A stretch of 64,000 nucleotides of DNA from Conger conger. Its lineage: Eukaryota. Under the pieces are notes generated by a model that did no database searches, was not told where the DNA came from, and saw only the letters and a program-made list of their open reading frames with translations. A program made the translations under genes and the position numbers. Below are positions 22,101 through 35,178 of this stretch, one piece after another. The first letter of the stretch is position 1. Every line of letters starts with the position of its first letter. The stretch is from contig NC_083776.1 in NCBI RefSeq assembly GCF_963514075.1, forward strand, positions 18,758,415 to 18,822,414, read 5' to 3'.

Positions 22101-22584
22101 ATCTAATCTGGACCATGCCAATGTCAGCTGCATTAGCAAGGGCGACCTTCAGGTCGATTTTAACTGTCAGCAGAGTTGGGCAGGGAATGAGGGCGTACAA
22201 TCAATAGGATGAAAGTGTCTCATTGCACCCCAGACCCATCTCCCCTTCCCCCCATGCCCCCGTTAACCCCCCAGAAACCACAAAATCCCCCTGGTCACCC
22301 CCCAGAAACCCCCCTGGTTGCCTCAGTATCTTTATGAGATCTGTGTGACCGCAGAATAAAAATTAGCAGGAAATGACGGAAAAGAGCGTTCTGTAGGCTG
22401 AGGTGTCCTGAACTGACACTGGATGCAGCAGTGAGCTCAAATGCAGCCAGACATTCAAGATTGAGATAGAAAATGTCAAATTTACATCAGTAAAATTCCT
22501 GATCATATACATATGCTGTGCACAGCCATTGGCATGGCATTAGCAGCTTGACAGTGTTGAGTTGCATGACATCAGCTATAATGA

Positions 22585-22695
22585 GGCCACAGAAGATAAC
22601 CAGAGTACCTGGCGGAAATCCCAGCGGACACGGGGAGAACATGCTAACTCCACACAGAAAGGCCCAGGCCGGGATTTCCATCCTTCCCTCTGCAC
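22585..22695. mobile_element. Family C repeat fragment (the ...ggggagaacatgctaactccacacagaaaggcccaggccgggatt... segment).
   Basis: It explains the six-frame ORFs at 22518..22916 (+) and 22487..22681 (-) as SINE-derived rather than genic. Confidence 0.6.
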
Positions 22696-23689
22696 AGCAA
22701 GCTCAGCACCCAAAAGCAAGCCATCTGAACCTTTATCCTAAGGCCATAAACAGCCCTCTCATTTTAATATCAGAAATGTATTTTTTACCAGAAACAGTGC
22801 ACTTCAGTCAAAGAACAGAGGTCGTTCAATTTCAGAGGTTAATCCAACACAATCGCAAATTAATCTCTATTTATCAGGCTCCCCTAGCCAAAAGAGAAGA
22901 GAAGCAGTGGCAATAAAAATAATCCTTCAAGATTATGTAACATATTAACAGACTTTGACAGGAAATTAATGCTCACAGCGCAGTACTATGTGGGTTATAA
23001 AGGTCCAGGCTCCAGTTACTTTAGCAGGGATTTGGGGGGTAAAAAAGATTCCAGAGAGAGACGGAGAGACAGAGTCGATGCCAGCAGGCAGCCAGGGGCG
23101 AGACAGGTCAGCAGTAATCTGAAAAGCACTTTAACGAGGCAAACACAGTCCAGACCGTCAGGTTTCTCCCATTGTGTACAGACCGCTGTGATTGATGGCC
23201 CAGAGACTCTGTGAGTACTGTCAGTCATCGTAAATCAGAAAGGAGACACGTCTTCCGAGTTTGCCTTAGGACAGAACGCTGGATGATTTACGGGGCCAGA
23301 CTTCCATGTGAACCATGCAACCAAAACAGGGAACTACCTACTTATGTATACACAGCGCTTTGCGGACTTAAAGCACGACATTATCCAGGAGACTCTACAC
23401 ATCACTCAACTTCAGATTTGAGATGCGCTGTAAGTAATAACTTTGGCCTCGGAGACTTTTATGTTCAACAACAGACAAACTTCAGAAGTCTGTCGGAAGC
23501 TTTGTCTTGGCAGATGCCGGCGATAGCAATGCGTGTAACCCCCACTGTAATTCTGTAATCGTCTGGATTCCGTAAAACTGGACAAATGCAGGGGTTACTT
23601 CAGGCGGGAAAGGCCTTTCAGAAAAAAAAAAAAAAAACTTTTAAAAGTTCCGAACAGACTCGGAAGCACAAAGCCACAGACGCCAGTCC

Positions 23690-24110
23690 CAATGCGGCAT
23701 CAGGAAATAACACGGCAATTACGCCGGGCCACTCCGAGGTCTGCGGCCGGACGAAGGGGTCACCATCTCCGCGGAGAAACGTCCCTACGCTTGGGCCTGA
23801 CGTGGCCGAGGAGATGGCGTCTCCCCACCCCCTCGTTAGCCGCGCCGCTCCGTGTTTACCGGGAGAGCGGCTGTGCTCCGGGAGAGCGGCTGGGCTCTGG
23901 AAGAGCGGCTGGGCTCCGGGAGAGCGGCTGGGCTCCGGAAGACTGCGGCCCTGCGACAGTGACGCGAGGACAGCTGGGGCGCGGGCCCAGTTCCGACGGA
24001 CCGCTGGGGGATAAACCCAATGCGCCATCCCGCCAACGGAAAGCAGGTCCCGTCACACAGCGCATTGTCAGACTAAGGAAAGTCCTGGCAGGTAATTGTC
24101 TGGTTGTTTG
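23690..24110. promoter_or_regulatory. CpG-island-like segment, a candidate promoter or 5' exon. A strong plus-strand splice donor lies at 24092 (GGCAG|gtaatt).
   Basis: CpG dinucleotides are very dense (gccgggcc, ccgcggag, cgcgccgctccg, ggcgcgggcc) against an otherwise CpG-depleted background. An Arg/Gly/Pro-rich ORF at 23692..24129 ends exactly at the donor, so it is probably 5' UTR or a low-complexity exon. Confidence 0.35.
23868..23945. repeat. 19-bp tandem repeat x 4 (gggagagcggctgggctcc) inside a CpG-rich segment.
   Basis: ccgggagagcggctgtgctccgggagagcggctgggctctggaagagcggctgggctccgggagagcggctgggctccgg. Confidence 0.85.
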
Positions 24111-25566
24111 CGCACCTAAAGCCACTTAGGATTTCACTGACATGATTGAGCTTCGACGACCAGACCGTTTCTATCAGGTGACCTTTGCCCCCAAGGAGGG
24201 GGTGGGGTCACATGAGCATCCAAGTCAATCCCAGCAAAGAATGGGGTGATGAACTCTGAGCCGAAGGCCTTGTCTAATGACCCCTGACTCCTTTCAACTG
24301 ACAAGAGTCAGTAATGATAAGAGCACAAAGACCAGCTCCTTCTCTGCAGAAAGCTCACCAACATCACTGACGTCTAGCAATTAGCAGCTCCTGAACAAGA
24401 AAACACACCTCTTTATGTAGTCCTTAACTGAATTGTAAGTGCACAGAGTAAAATAATGTTTGTAAAAAACCCATTTTACATCAAAAAATTAATATGAAAG
24501 AATTTATACAGTGAAGTCCATAAGTCTTAGACAAAGACATATTTTTTCTTGATTGGGCTCTGTACTTCACAAATTGTTAATGAAACAATTAAAGAGTGGT
24601 TAAAGAGTTTCAGCTTTTATGTTTTATAAAGAGTATTTTATATATTTTGGCTTTACCATGTAGAAGTTCCAATGCTTTTTTTATAAATAGCCCTCCCCCA
24701 TTTCAGGGAGTCATAACACTTGGGACAAATGGCATTATGTGCCAGTGAAAGTCAAGGAAGCCATTATGAGGCTGAGAAGAAAACAGTCAGAGACATAGGC
24801 TAAACAATAGGCTAACCAAGTAAACTGTTTATAACATGGAGCTCACTGTATTACTTTCATATGGGTCCATGCTAAAACATGTCGGTTTCATACTGGTCCA
24901 TGCTGAAATATGCTGGCTTCCCGTTGGGCCATGCCAACGTAATGCTGCTTCTGATTGGTCCATGGTGAAACTGGCTGACGTGTCGCCGTGCTACACAGTA
25001 CCTGGATAGGGTCCTGGATTTGGTGAGTGCCTTGCTGATGACCAGGGAAGGGGCGGACTGCCGTCGCAGCGTTTTCATTTTCTGCGTGAGAGAAACAGAG
25101 ACAGAGAGAGAGAGCGTGATTTTCAATATGCACTATGTCCCCCACAAACAATGAGCACTTACATTATTTAAGGGGTGGAAACCCGCCAAATTCTCAGAAA
25201 ACAATTTTAAGGATATTTTATAGGCTCAGATTTTCATTGTGCTTGGTTAATTGTCTTTAAAAAATGAATAAAGACACGCACCACTGTCTCTTGCAAGCAT
25301 ATGCTTGCAACATTCCCAGACGTAAGTAAACAACATAGTATAATACACTGGCATTGCACGCTGAAAGAATGGGAACTCTGTGCTGGAAAGAGTACGTGTT
25401 TGTCATTTATCATATTTCCCCAAGCATTCTAACCTCTACAACAATACCCAGAATTTGCATTAGCAAAAGGAATTTCTTTCATTGTAGGAACAGGCCCAAA
25501 AAGTCTGTGTCTTTCAAAGGGAGAACTGGTCAGAGAGTATTGCCGTTCTTATGCTATTGTGTGTAC

Positions 25567-25935
25567 ATGTTTACATAGCATCATATACAGTACTGTGCAA
25601 AAGTCTCAGGCACATGTAAAGAAAATTCTGCAAAACAGATTTAGCTTGTGACCACCCTTCACCTTTAAAACTGCATCAACTCTCTTAGGTACACTGCCCT
25701 GCAGTTTTATAAGAAAGTCAGCTGGTAGGTTGTACCAAATATTCTGAGAACGGGCCACAGTAATTCTGTAGGCTTTGGCCGTTTCGCTTGCTTCTGGCTC
25801 TCCAGATAATCTCCAGTAGTTTTTATATGAAAAGTGGTCTATTACTTAAGATTTAACTAAATTACATTTTTTGGAAAATTAAGGTTTGGAAATCACAAAT
25901 GCGTAAGAGGTACTTTTGCACAGTACTGTATGCAT
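25567..25935. mobile_element. Internally deleted (MITE-like) Tc1-family element that retains both TIRs.
   Basis: It starts atacagtactgtgcaaaagtctcagg and ends gaggtacttttgcacagtactgtatgc, which are reverse complements of each other. The internal sequence matches the 21.7-kb fragment in reverse orientation. Confidence 0.65.
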
Positions 25936-26934
25936 TAGTAACGCATACAAATGCATACAGGAAGAAAATGACCAAGCTGATATTGTGAAATTCAGAAAAG
26001 ACTTGTATAAGACTGAATGAAATGACAAGTCCTACAAGCCAAGCAAAGCCACACAAATTGCAGCTCTTCTCGAGGCCCTTATATTTCTCCTTATCACTGT
26101 GAAGTATCAACCGATTCGGGGAAATCTGAAATTCCCCTTTGATTGACCAATGGTGATTCGGAGAAGATATGACCTCAGTTTCCTCATGGTTAACTCCCCT
26201 GCCCATCAACGGAGCTGCCCCCCCCCCCCCCCCAGAGGGGCAAAACCACAGGGCTGTGGTGCAGAAATGATCTGAGCCGCACTGCCTTCCCTGGGCCATC
26301 GTCGAGAGTCTGGGAAACTGACTCTTCCCACTTCCAACAGGATGCCTCTGACGTTCCACGGCGTTGGTCTGACACAATCCCACAGGGAAGTCACGGATTT
26401 CCTTGTCACACAGCGTGACAGACCAAGATAATAGATCTACATGAAGATCTTATACATTTAAAGGACAATGCAAGGGAAATGTACGATGTCCACCTTGTTG
26501 GATGTCTACATGCTGGTACTAGTTGATGTCGTCTATTTTAATAAGCTTGTGGAATGGGGTAAATCACTAAGGGAAAACTTTACATGAAAATCTGGGTCAT
26601 TGAGAGAATTTTCAAGCTAGATATTAGAAGCATGAGTGTGAAAACACAACCTAAAACAGTTGGCAGTTGGCTTCAGACAATTTCCCAAAACATCTGAAAT
26701 AGACCGTCAATTAGTAGACACATTACTTTATAAAATTCTGCAGGTAAAAAATGCTGAGAAAATTCCTTCTAATAACCAGTAATCATCAAAGCAATGGCAT
26801 TAATACTGTCAATTTTTTCTGGGGTCCAAAACAATACAATTACTCATATTTAGAAAGAAGCTGAAACTGGGAGATATTGTTTGAGGAATCATGTGTGTGT
26901 GTTTTAAGATGAGTATTAAATGTGGGTTTAACGC

Positions 26935-27100
26935 TTTGAAGAGTAGGTTAGTAGGTTTTCCTTAAAAAATTCCTTAAAAGTCGGTGTTCTAGAACTGCAT
27001 TGCTTTCAATGCCAGTAGTTATTATTAGTTCAGCATTAGAATGTTCAGTTAAGAACATTCTAATCTCATATTTGTGACCTCACAACTCAAAGGGTTATGT
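26935..27100. repeat. Interspersed repeat family E copy.
   Basis: It contains ..gtcggtgttctagaactgcattgctttcaatgccagt..ttagaatgttcagttaagaacattctaatc..cacaactcaaagggtta. Confidence 0.5.
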
Positions 27101-28149
27101 GGGATTAAGTGTGGGAAAATACTGACTCCACAGATTTCTCATCTCCACTCTATAGATGTCCATTTGAGGAAAGGCATATGCACATCTGACCTGGAACAAA
27201 TCTAAAGAACAAAAAGCACAGACTACACACTGCCATACCATATAATAATAATAAAATGAAGTCCAACTGTGAAACAATTGCAGAGATTAGGGTCTCTTCT
27301 TGATTTACCATGGTCAGGTATATGGATTTTAATGTCCATTACAACGCAGCTCATTTTCAATTTTCAATGTTTGCATGAAGGCAGAATATGGCAACCAGCA
27401 ATTTGCCATTGCAGCATTTTCTATGGAATGCATAAATTGCAATATCAACTTCTCACCACACAATCAGCACGGCGCTGTTTGACTTCGATATGAAGCACGC
27501 CCACCTGTTTCACTGCACAAATGCAAGCGTAAATATATAAAAAAAACATGAACAATTTTTAAATACTATGATTATATCACAGTAAAACGATCATTTATTT
27601 TATTGTGGCCAGTTTCCTTACTTCACAAGCAGTTGCAACTCTAATTAACTACATTTTCCCAGTGTGCACATGCACTGATTTCCCTGTGCTGCATACAGTA
27701 ACTAGCATTATTTGAACAGGTGAACTTGCGCATTTAAGATGCAGCAGATGCGCTAATCAGAAGGCTGAGAGTCAGAGATCCAGCAAGACAAATTTCATGG
27801 CAAATCTGTCTAAACATCTTGTAGAATAGTCAAATTGAGTCTCTTCAAAAGCAGAAGCCGCTCATATAATTCAAAACATAGCTTGAGCTGGTCAAACAAT
27901 GTAGAGCCGGTCTAACTGGCCAACCAGCGACCAGCTGTTTCAAAACCTCAAACAGCACAGCACCTCTGGCATCGGACAGCTGCTACAAATCCTCCATGCG
28001 GGAGATAGCCTGCCCCTAAATGCCGGGGAAAGCTCGTCCCGGCCCCCTCCTTTTACGCACAGAGCCTGGCACGTGCCGGCGGAGGTACCACAGCTGCCCC
28101 AGCCAGGGACGGCACACAGCGCAGAGGGAGAGTCTGCACACTGCGAGGG

Positions 28150-28157
28150 TTTTTCTT

Positions 28158-28215
<58 letters not shown>
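28150..28215. repeat. (CA)33 perfect dinucleotide microsatellite.
   Basis: cacacacacaca... uninterrupted for about 66 bp. Confidence 0.95.
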
Positions 28216-28217
<2 letters not shown>

Positions 28218-29099
28218 GTCTCCTCTGCCCATTCTGCATCACCGTCACTTCAATGAACCTCTGAATGCTCTAGTCCAGCAAAAGCACACTGCGCCTCTTT
28301 TGTCCCCGATTGGGTAACAGTAACCATACTGTCCAGCTTTCATACACCCCTTTACGGCGCTTCTTAATCGTTTTTTTCTTTTCACTTTCAATAAACGATT
28401 GTTTTAAGATACTGTTGCAATGAGAAACAAATACATATATAGGCAATGCACTGTTTGCAGCAGCAGTTATATATGGAAGAGCTGAGTCGTTTTTGAAAGC
28501 GATACCCAGGGCCACGGTATTCAGGCTAGACATCGTCCTGAAGGTAAAGCATCGTTTTCGTTTGCTCGTTGTAAGCAATCTGTTTATTGAAAAGGGGACG
28601 ACTACCTAACTACAGGTGACTGCGCTTTAGTAGGCTATGCCCCCTAACTGTAGGAATCTACGGTCTACAAAGAAAGTTGAAAGTCGCCAAGACAATTTAT
28701 TTCCTAAATCAAAGTTTAATTTTCCTATATGATCGCCAACAACATTACAGATTCAAATAGCATTTTGAAGTGTAGTCAGCATTCTTAGACGCTCAATTTT
28801 AGGTATATGGCTACGCGTCCAGTACAAAACGGAGTTGATTCTGCAGCAACGAATGAAGTGGTTATCTAGCCCACATCATGTCGTTATCTTATTAAAGGAT
28901 GCCGATGCAAGGGTTCTCTTTGAATCTGATGCATTCCTTTAGGGTAGACTCTGTCAGATATACGCATATCATTTTCTACAGTTACTGGTCTGAGTAAATA
29001 TTACCTGCAAATAACACAGTGTTATACATTAAACAGTGAAATGCTAATACTAAATTATGCAGCATTGTGACAATTACGCAAATATCCAGCATACATATA

Positions 29100-29900
29100 T
29101 ATATATTACATTATCGTCGGCTCAGGCTAACGACGCTCAAATACAACCAGGAGACAAACTTTTCCGCGTACCTTTTTGTTCTCAGGTAAGGAACAGATCT
29201 TGGCTTCTCCTGTCAAAGATGCAGACCGACTCTGACCAGAATTCTCCTGCTTGGGTGACATGGTTTCCATTAAAGCTGATATACCCAAGATAATTCGAGA
29301 CACCGTGCGCGCTTATTTCCACAACCATCCAAAATGTCAAGCCACAAAAAAATCACAAAACAGTCAGGAGCTGTCGGAATCTTCGTTTAATTGGGACATT
29401 TCGGACGCGCAGCCAGTCCCGTGTAGCTGCAGCAGCGACCACTGTAAATAAGTGCAAGTGCAGCGTCCTTTTAGTCCCAGTTTGACGATGAGAGAGACCA
29501 GCTGTCTACGCTGCCTTCCGCATCCCGCTCGTTACTCGCACTGAATGACTACGCAGGCTGTGCTCCTTCTCTCGCTTACAGCGACAGAGGAATGCGCCTC
29601 AGCGATTCGCAGCAGGCACAGGTTTCTATAATGACGCCCTCGTCGGGTCGTATTTGGAGCGCTGTTCCAATTTCAATTTTAGTCTTCAGATTAGCTGGAG
29701 GAGTCAAAATAAACAGAACTCACCCCAGATAATTCCTCACGATTTATCCACCTATGACATATGGTTTCTGTGCCAACATTTATCGGCAACGTTTGATTTA
29801 CCGTGGCGTTTTTGTACGAGTTCTGTGATTCCCAATGCAATTACATTATGTTCAATTTAGCATAATACGGATTTTCCGGCATATGCTTATTCTAAAATAT
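29100..29900. promoter_or_regulatory. CpG-rich segment with a TATA-like run (tatatatatatt, 29095-29108) and a consensus plus-strand donor CTCAG|gtaagg (exon end 29185). It is a candidate first exon of an unannotated plus-strand transcript.
   Basis: Local CpG enrichment (cgtcggctc, cgacgctc, ccgcgtacc, gtgcgcgc, tcggacgcgcagcc, ccgcatcccgctcgttactcgc, gacgccctcgtcgggtcg). A second acceptor/donor pair lies at ctccttctctcgcttacag|CGACAG...GGCACAG|gtttct (29575-29620). Confidence 0.3.
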
Positions 29901-30564
29901 ATATGTCTACTGAATCCTTCTCAAGTGCAATATTCTATTGTTCGACTGGTGAATGTAATCTATTGTGCACAAAGTGGGAATTAGGCTTCACGTGTCACGA
30001 GACAAATAGTGAATCCAATAAAACCGAATCCAAACAAAATTCACAGAAATGACCCTGTGGACAGAAGTGAAAACAAACAATACTGACACTAGAAAGCGTT
30101 TTACTCAAGCTAAATATTATGAAGGCATGAACAAATTACTTACGGGACTATGACTCTGGGATATAAAACAACAAGTATAAACATAGTGACAGATTCACTC
30201 AGGGTTATTGAAAAGCAATAAGCTCAAATGGACTGAAAGTCCTGTTCTTGTTATTACACGTTTTCAAATTCTTTTTTGTACTTGTCTCATTTCAAAGAGT
30301 TTAAAGATAAATATTTATACGGTTGAGCCCGTGTTCAACTCTAGCCTTTCATAAACTTCTCTTCTTGTCCTGGATAGACTGAAGGGCAGACTTACAGCAG
30401 CTTCCAGTTAAGATGTACTACAATAGGAAAGAATGTGAAATAGACTTGGCTAGCGCCGCACCTATCTTTCACAACAGGCAAAAACAAGCACCACCGCACC
30501 AAAGACAGTGACCCGAGACATTTGCACGAAGAGGGGGACGTGTTGCTGTCTTCATAACATGGGC

Positions 30565-30790
30565 CATTAGATATATGGGCTCTTACCGCTCAGGAGGTAA
30601 GAGCGGTCGTCTGGCAGTTGGAGGTTTGGCGGTTCGATCCCGCCCTGGGCGAAGTGATACTGAGCAAGACATCTAACCCACAAATGCTCCTGACGAGCTG
30701 GTTCGTGCCTTGCATGGCAACCAATCGCTGTTCGTGTGTGAATGGGTGAATGAGAAGCATCAATGCACATCTAAATTTAAGGAATCTTTA
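30565..30790 (-). mobile_element. SINE family A copy in reverse orientation. The tRNA-like head is visible (box B ggttcgatccc).
   Basis: The reverse complement contains ..ggttgccatgcaaggcacgaaccagctcgtcaggagcatttgtgggttagatgtcttgctcagtatcacttcgcccagggcgggatcgaaccgcc.. Confidence 0.7.
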
Positions 30791-31384
30791 CTTATCCAGA
30801 TAAAGCTAATTGTACTTTTGGAAGATAAGAATTAGTTTGGTGAAATAAGTGAGAGTACATTTGTCAGGTAGTTTTACAGACCATAGCCTGATCATTAACA
30901 AGTAAAACATGTTGTTCCTGTGGGGTTATGTTTAGCTCCATTGCTGCACCCAAAATTCTAGACATACCCTGAATTTATTCAGTAAATATTTGCTTCTGTA
31001 AATGGATAATTATATGCAATGTGGTTCTCGGAAAAACAACAAGAAAGGAAATGAGGACAAAGTAAAAACATATCATAAAAAGTCACAATTTATTTTGTGA
31101 AATGCTGATAGTATTTTACAACTGAAATGAGTTACAGGTTTGTTATGAATTCAAGTACTCAGTAATAAGCAGCAATGGTCGTAGGTAGCCGGGTGATTGG
31201 CCAGCCGACAGCCCCTATCGTTCTGTACGGCTGTGGAACAGCTCATAGCTGCCAACAATTACGAGCATTTCACTGTTGGGTGGGCCATCCAAGAACTACC
31301 ACTGCCTTGCCAGATAGTTTTTCCCCATTTTTGCATTTAAGAACAATTTTATGCATTCACTAAACTTACTGTAGGAGCAGTAAA

Positions 31385-31590
31385 TGGTAAATGGACAGTA
31401 TTTAAATAGCGCTTTTATTGATGCCTCTCATTCACCCATTCGCACACGCACACACACACCAATGGCGACTTGCTGCCATGCAAGGTACCAATCAGCTCGT
31501 CGAGAGCATTTGGGGTTTGGATGTCATGCTCAGGGATACTTCGACACCGCTCTTACCTCCTGAGCTAATGTCGCCACTCAGTAATATTAA
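31385..31590 (+). mobile_element. SINE family A copy.
   Basis: It contains ..ctcattcacccattcgcacacgcacacacacaccaatggcgacttgctgccatgcaaggtaccaatcagctcgtcgagagcatttggggtttgg...cctgagctaatgtcgcc. Confidence 0.7.
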
Positions 31591-32559
31591 TTACACTTGA
31601 CTCTGATAATGAATTCAGGAACTCATATTTTGCCAAGGCAGTTATAGGAGACTTGTGTACCAGGTTTAGAGGAGAGAATTCACTTGAAATCATGAGGCAG
31701 TTAACCCTTTTCACCCTGGAACGGTCAACAATGTTCCCGTATAATGGGGATGCGTGGCTGTTAGCACGAGGTAGCACTTGGGAAAAGTCGCTCAGGGAAC
31801 TGACTGCCTCCAGAACTTGTACCGTTAACAGAAATCTTTGTCTAATGTCTGCATTGACATTAGTGAAAACAAATATTAAAGATCTCCTGCATACGCACAT
31901 CCAGTTTAGTAAGGTGTTGGGATGAAAAGCACATAAGCAGGAAGCATAAAGCCCACAGACTGAGATGCTTCTTACACACCTTTAATAAAGACAACGTTTC
32001 CATCCCAGTGGGTTTTCTAAAGGTGTGTGAGGAGCATATCAGTGTGCGGGCTTCCATTCATTAGTGAGAACAAAGCCATTATCAGTATCAAATCAAACAT
32101 GCAAAACTCAACTTGATTTGCAATGACATCCATCCAGCTGTGTTGTTTCTTATTACTGCATAAAAATAAGAAAGTAACAGAGCATATATTATGTATTATA
32201 TCATATTAACTAGATACACAGTTAATATTGTCCCTATCACACATCCAAATCATATACTTATACAAAAGTTCCCCTAGGTGTACGTGCACATTGCAACGTG
32301 GCAGACATAAGGTGTTATGATTGATTCACTTGTTCATTATTAGCCAGCTACATGCTTTAGTTTCTCTGGCAAATACACCAGAGTTAACAGAATCAGACCT
32401 CTTTGGAACTGTGTACAGTACTGGTTATGCTCTTGACCTACTTCCAGCGCATTGTCAGTATTTGACAGGCACTTGTTTCAACAACAATTAGGTTCTGGCA
32501 CCATCATGTGTGAATGCTATCAATCCGTTAAAATAAGAAATAGCCATTGCTTCTATGAA

Positions 32560-33000
32560 CAAGAGAAGCCGCTAGCTTTTCTGGGAACGTTAATGCGGTA
32601 GTGTTCAGCGTTCCGCGCCCGAAAGCAGTTTTAAATGTTATAAATGAAGGACCTCTGAAGAGAGATTTCGTTTAAAGACACTGCACCAGCTGCACAAAGT
32701 CTTTGGTGAACACTGCTGACAGGGTTTTATCTGTGCCGGTTTATGACCGCAGCTATCCAGCGCTGATTGCCTTGTGCTTGATTTGCGGTCTGTTGAGAAT
32801 GCTGTGTGGCTATTTTTTTTTTTATCTCATCTTCGGCCTGTTATTCTGAGTGCGAGGCCGTACTCCCACTCACGGGAGACCCCGGAATTCCCAACGGCGT
32901 TCCTTCACCGCTGAGGAAGACCGCTGGCTCGTGTTGTACCTAGATATGGTAATGCTGCGGGAAATGTCACACACCCCAGACACGCGGACACACACACAGC
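32560..33000. promoter_or_regulatory. CpG-rich, non-repetitive segment. It is a candidate CpG island or promoter of unknown strand.
   Basis: ..gccgctagc..gcggtagtgttcagcgttccgcgcccgaaagc..gaccgcagc..cagcgctg..tgcggtc..gcgaggccgtactcccactcacggg..aacggcgttcc..accgctgg..cgcggac. ATG|gtaatg sits at 32946-32954. Confidence 0.25.
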
Positions 33001-33334
33001 AAGAGGAACTCCATATTGGGAAAGAATTTTAGAAATGCTTCAGTCCGATTACTTTCTCAACCTCATAACTGTAAATCCAATCTTAACCTTAAACCTCTCC
33101 ACGCCAAAAGGCACAAAAGGCCGTCCAACACTTTTGGTCTCTGAAACAAGGTGCTTTTACAATACAGGGTCTTTAGCCCCCATGCCTAACCCCCAATCCA
33201 AGGTAACGATCCAAAGCCTCTTCAAATAAAAACAATGATTATTATGGTGGCAAGTTGTAAATCTCTTGGTTTGTTTGAAGCTGAAAGCAGGACGCCTCCT
33301 CTCCACACAGGGTAATGAATTAAGGGGCCCTGTA

Positions 33335-33510
33335 GGACAGGGGTCGTCATCTCATGCTCCTCGAGGGCCGAGAACTGCTGGTTCTACCCCCTGTTACCTG
33401 GGAGTCTGGGGTGAACACAGTCTGGCCAATCAGTAGCACTACTTGTTCAGGTAATTACCCGGGAATGAAGAAAACCAGGGCTGGATTTGGATTCAAGGGC
33501 CATGATCGAT
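33335..33510. repeat. Interspersed repeat R2, the second copy of the element nested at 6720-6905.
   Basis: It contains ..gaggg..gaactgctggtt.tacc.cc.t.tacctgggagtc.gg.gtga..acagtctggccaatcagta.cac....gaagaaaaccaggg..ggatttggattc.agg.cca.gat.gatgat. The two copies are about 80% identical. Confidence 0.6.
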
Positions 33511-34789
33511 GATATCTGCTAGAGGGAATAGACAATGGGCTCCCACTAGCATTTATATTCCACAGAATTCCTACATCTGGGATGACCTCACTAGCCCTTC
33601 TCCTGCAGCTGTGGATGGGGTGACATCATCATGACGGGATTCCGTGTTTGTCACGGTAACAAGACGGCAATAGTATGTAAAGGTAAAGTTATTATGCCAA
33701 ATATATTATTACAGGAATCCTCAACAGGCAGCGAGACTAGCCAGTGACCTCGAGATGGAGGGAGAGAAACAGGAATGAGCGATGAATCAGAAGGAATACA
33801 GCCAGGGTCAGCAGACATTTTGCGGCTGTCCAGAGCGGGGGCCCTAGCAGTATATATGTACACATCTCTGTGAATGGCCAACATTCTGCAGATCCTCAGT
33901 ACAGAGAAGTCCTACAGGTAACCTACAGAAAGGTTAATTGGCTCCAGATAATGATTAGCTTAACGGTTATGTAGGGCAGACCCTGCTGGATCTGCAGGAT
34001 GCTGAGCTGTCATACAGAGTGTGTGTACATCTCCTCCGTGGTGGGGGAAGGGAGGGGGAATGGGGCTTCCTGGGGTTACAGTGCACTCTGGGAAATAAAG
34101 GTAAGAACAGTGCCTAAAATGCCGGTACTCTATGGTACATAAAATTGTACCCCTAGCAATATATAATTAATTTGGACCTTCTTTTGCTTGGAAAATGTAC
34201 TCATGTGTACCCAAGGAGAACATTACTGCACTTTAACGGTACATTTGGGAAATCCTTGAAGAACAACAAATGTACCTCCACTGTCACTTCATTACTGAGT
34301 GTGCTGTGTCCATCGCTCCCCTGTTTACTCCCGCCCTTTCTCCTTCTTCCCCCCCGTTTTCTTCCTCTTCCTCCTCTTTCTCTCCTAAGGTGAGCTCCAG
34401 ACACCTGTCAGATGGGATTTCTCCAATTTAACCCCCCACCCCCACCCCCCTGCTCACCATCACTTCCTGCCAGTACCCGTAATGATGACACAGTCTGAGC
34501 ACTCCCCCACTAAAGCTCCTGTGATTTCATTAAGCCCCAAACAAAGGACTGCTGTGCCTGCTGGAATGTGTTGATGAGCCCTCCCCCCAGGCCTGCAGTA
34601 CCTGGAGCTGTGTGACATCTCTACCTATACCGAGACAGACAGAGAAGTGCTCCAGACAGACACACTTCTGAGAGGGACATGAAATTGCTGCATGTTTTCA
34701 GCATTGCGCAACTTGCGTGTCAGACGCATGCGAATCCATCAAAATACAAAAAGACCTGTCTTTTTTCTTTGTTCGGTACAGCATGTGTG

Positions 34790-34835
34790 TACAGTATGTG
34801 TGTGTGTGTGTGTGTGATAGAGAGCATGTGTGTAC

Positions 34836-34872
<37 letters not shown>

Positions 34873-34890
34873 TAGAGAGCATGTGTGTAC

Positions 34891-34922
<32 letters not shown>

Positions 34923-34941
34923 ATAGAGAGCATGTGTGTAC

Positions 34942-34975
<34 letters not shown>

Positions 34976-35086
34976 TGTGAGATAGAGAGCATGTATGTAC
35001 ACTTTGTGTGTGTGTGAGATAGAGAGCATGTGTGTACTATATGTGTGTGTGTGTGTGTGTGTGCGCGATAGAGAGCATGTGTGTAC

Positions 35087-35123
<37 letters not shown>

Positions 35124-35141
35124 TAGAGAGCATGTGTGTAC

Positions 35142-35178
<37 letters not shown>

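Noticed and set aside
22487-22916. ORFs at 22518..22916 (+) and 22487..22681 (-).
   Set aside because: They are produced by a family-C SINE fragment (..ggggagaacatgctaactccacacagaaaggcccaggccgggatt..). This segment is frequently mis-annotated as hypothetical protein in fish genomes.
25862-26383. 173-aa minus-strand ORF.
   Set aside because: It starts inside the internally deleted Tc1 element (25567-25935) and runs through a poly-C tract. It has no codon-usage or homology support and no splice context.
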